The notes below the pieces were generated by a model. It saw only the letters and a program-made list of their open reading frames with translations. It was not told where the DNA came from and searched no databases. This document shows, piece after piece, positions 63,217 through 64,000 of a stretch of DNA of 64,000 nt. A program made the translations under genes and the position numbers. Location: assembly GCF_030144855.1 (NCBI RefSeq), contig NC_082730.1, positions 14,632,001 through 14,696,000 on the forward strand, in the 5' to 3' direction. The stretch is from Hypanus sabinus (Eukaryota). How positions within the stretch are numbered: the stretch's first letter is position 1; each line of letters opens with the position of its first letter.

Positions 63217-64000
63217 CAGAGCCTACAAAAAGTATTCAACCCCCTTGGAGGTTCCATGTTTTATTGTTTTACAATATTGGATCACAGTGAATTTAATTTA
63301 ATATGGCTTTTTTTGACACTGATCAACAGAAAAAGACTGTTCTGTGTTAAAGTGAAAACTGATTTCTACAAAGTGATCTCAATTAGTTACAATTACTTGA
63401 TTGCCTTCAAGTCAGAATTTAATACATGCACCTTTGGCAGCAATTACAGCCTTGAGTTTGTGTGGATAGTGTGTTACTGATGATGTGTGGTGTTTGGCTT
63501 ACACCAACCATAGCACTTAGACTGATGGCCAGATAACTTATTTTTGGTTTTATCAGTCCACCAAATCTTCTTCCAGCTGACTTCAGAGTATCCCACATGC
63601 CATCTGGCAAACTCTAGTTGAGATTTTTGAGAGTTTTTTTCAATAGTGGCTTTTTCTTTCCCACTGTCCCATAAAGCTGCGACAGATGAAGTACCTGGCT
63701 GGTGTATGCACAGTCTCTCCCATCTCAGCCACTGAAGCTTGTAACACCTCCAGAGTTGTCATAGGTTTCTTGGTGGCCTCCCTCACTAGCCCCTTCTTGC
63801 ATGGTCACTCGGTTTTTGAAGATGGCCTGCTCAAGGCAGATTTAACATCTGTGCCATATTCTTTCCATTTCTTGATGATTGAATTAATCATACTTCAAGC
63901 AATATTCAGTGACTTGGAAATTTTCTCATATCTTTCTCCTGACGTGCTTTTCAACAAGACTTTTGTGGAGTTGTTTGTAATGTTCTTTCAACTTTATGGT
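63217..64000 (-). mobile_element. Tc1-like transposon, internally deleted, running off the window
   Basis: TA followed by TIR cagagcctacaaaaagtattcaacccccttgga; degenerate transposase-like sequence on the minus strand. Confidence 0.7.

Overview
Repeat-rich vertebrate genomic DNA, most likely from a batoid (ray); this is inferred from HE1-type SINEs, Penelope-derived short elements, CR1, L1, Rex1 and Tc1/mariner repeats. Hidden among the repeats, on the minus strand, is a tandem cluster of at least five paralogous immunoglobulin-superfamily receptor genes or gene remnants of the CD300/TREM/pIgR-like (cartilaginous-fish MDIR-type) class. Reading right to left (5' to 3'): G4 has a S/T/P-rich exon (60106-60428), a 46-nt EYSC exon (59977-60022) and a TM exon (55625-55781), with its Ig exons not seen in the window. 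G3 has a leader lacking its ATG (43540-43581) and a V exon with two stops (39718-40038). G2 has a V exon with one stop (35240-35560) and a TM exon (20522-20663). G1 has a leader cut by an L1 (15961-15980), an open V exon (9966-10316) and an open C2 exon (8346-8666). G0 has an intact leader (1856-1892); the rest lies left of the window. Both TM exons carry an in-membrane Arg and a short tail without ITIM/ITAM, which suggests activating receptors. The cluster arose by segmental duplication (about 6-21 kb versus 38-56.5 kb) followed by reciprocal exon loss. The G2 intron holds a 13-kb nest containing a Gmr1-type Gypsy element (PR-IN-RT-RH order) with tandem LTR structure. Exon assignments to genes are inferences from splice phase and synteny; no expression evidence is available.
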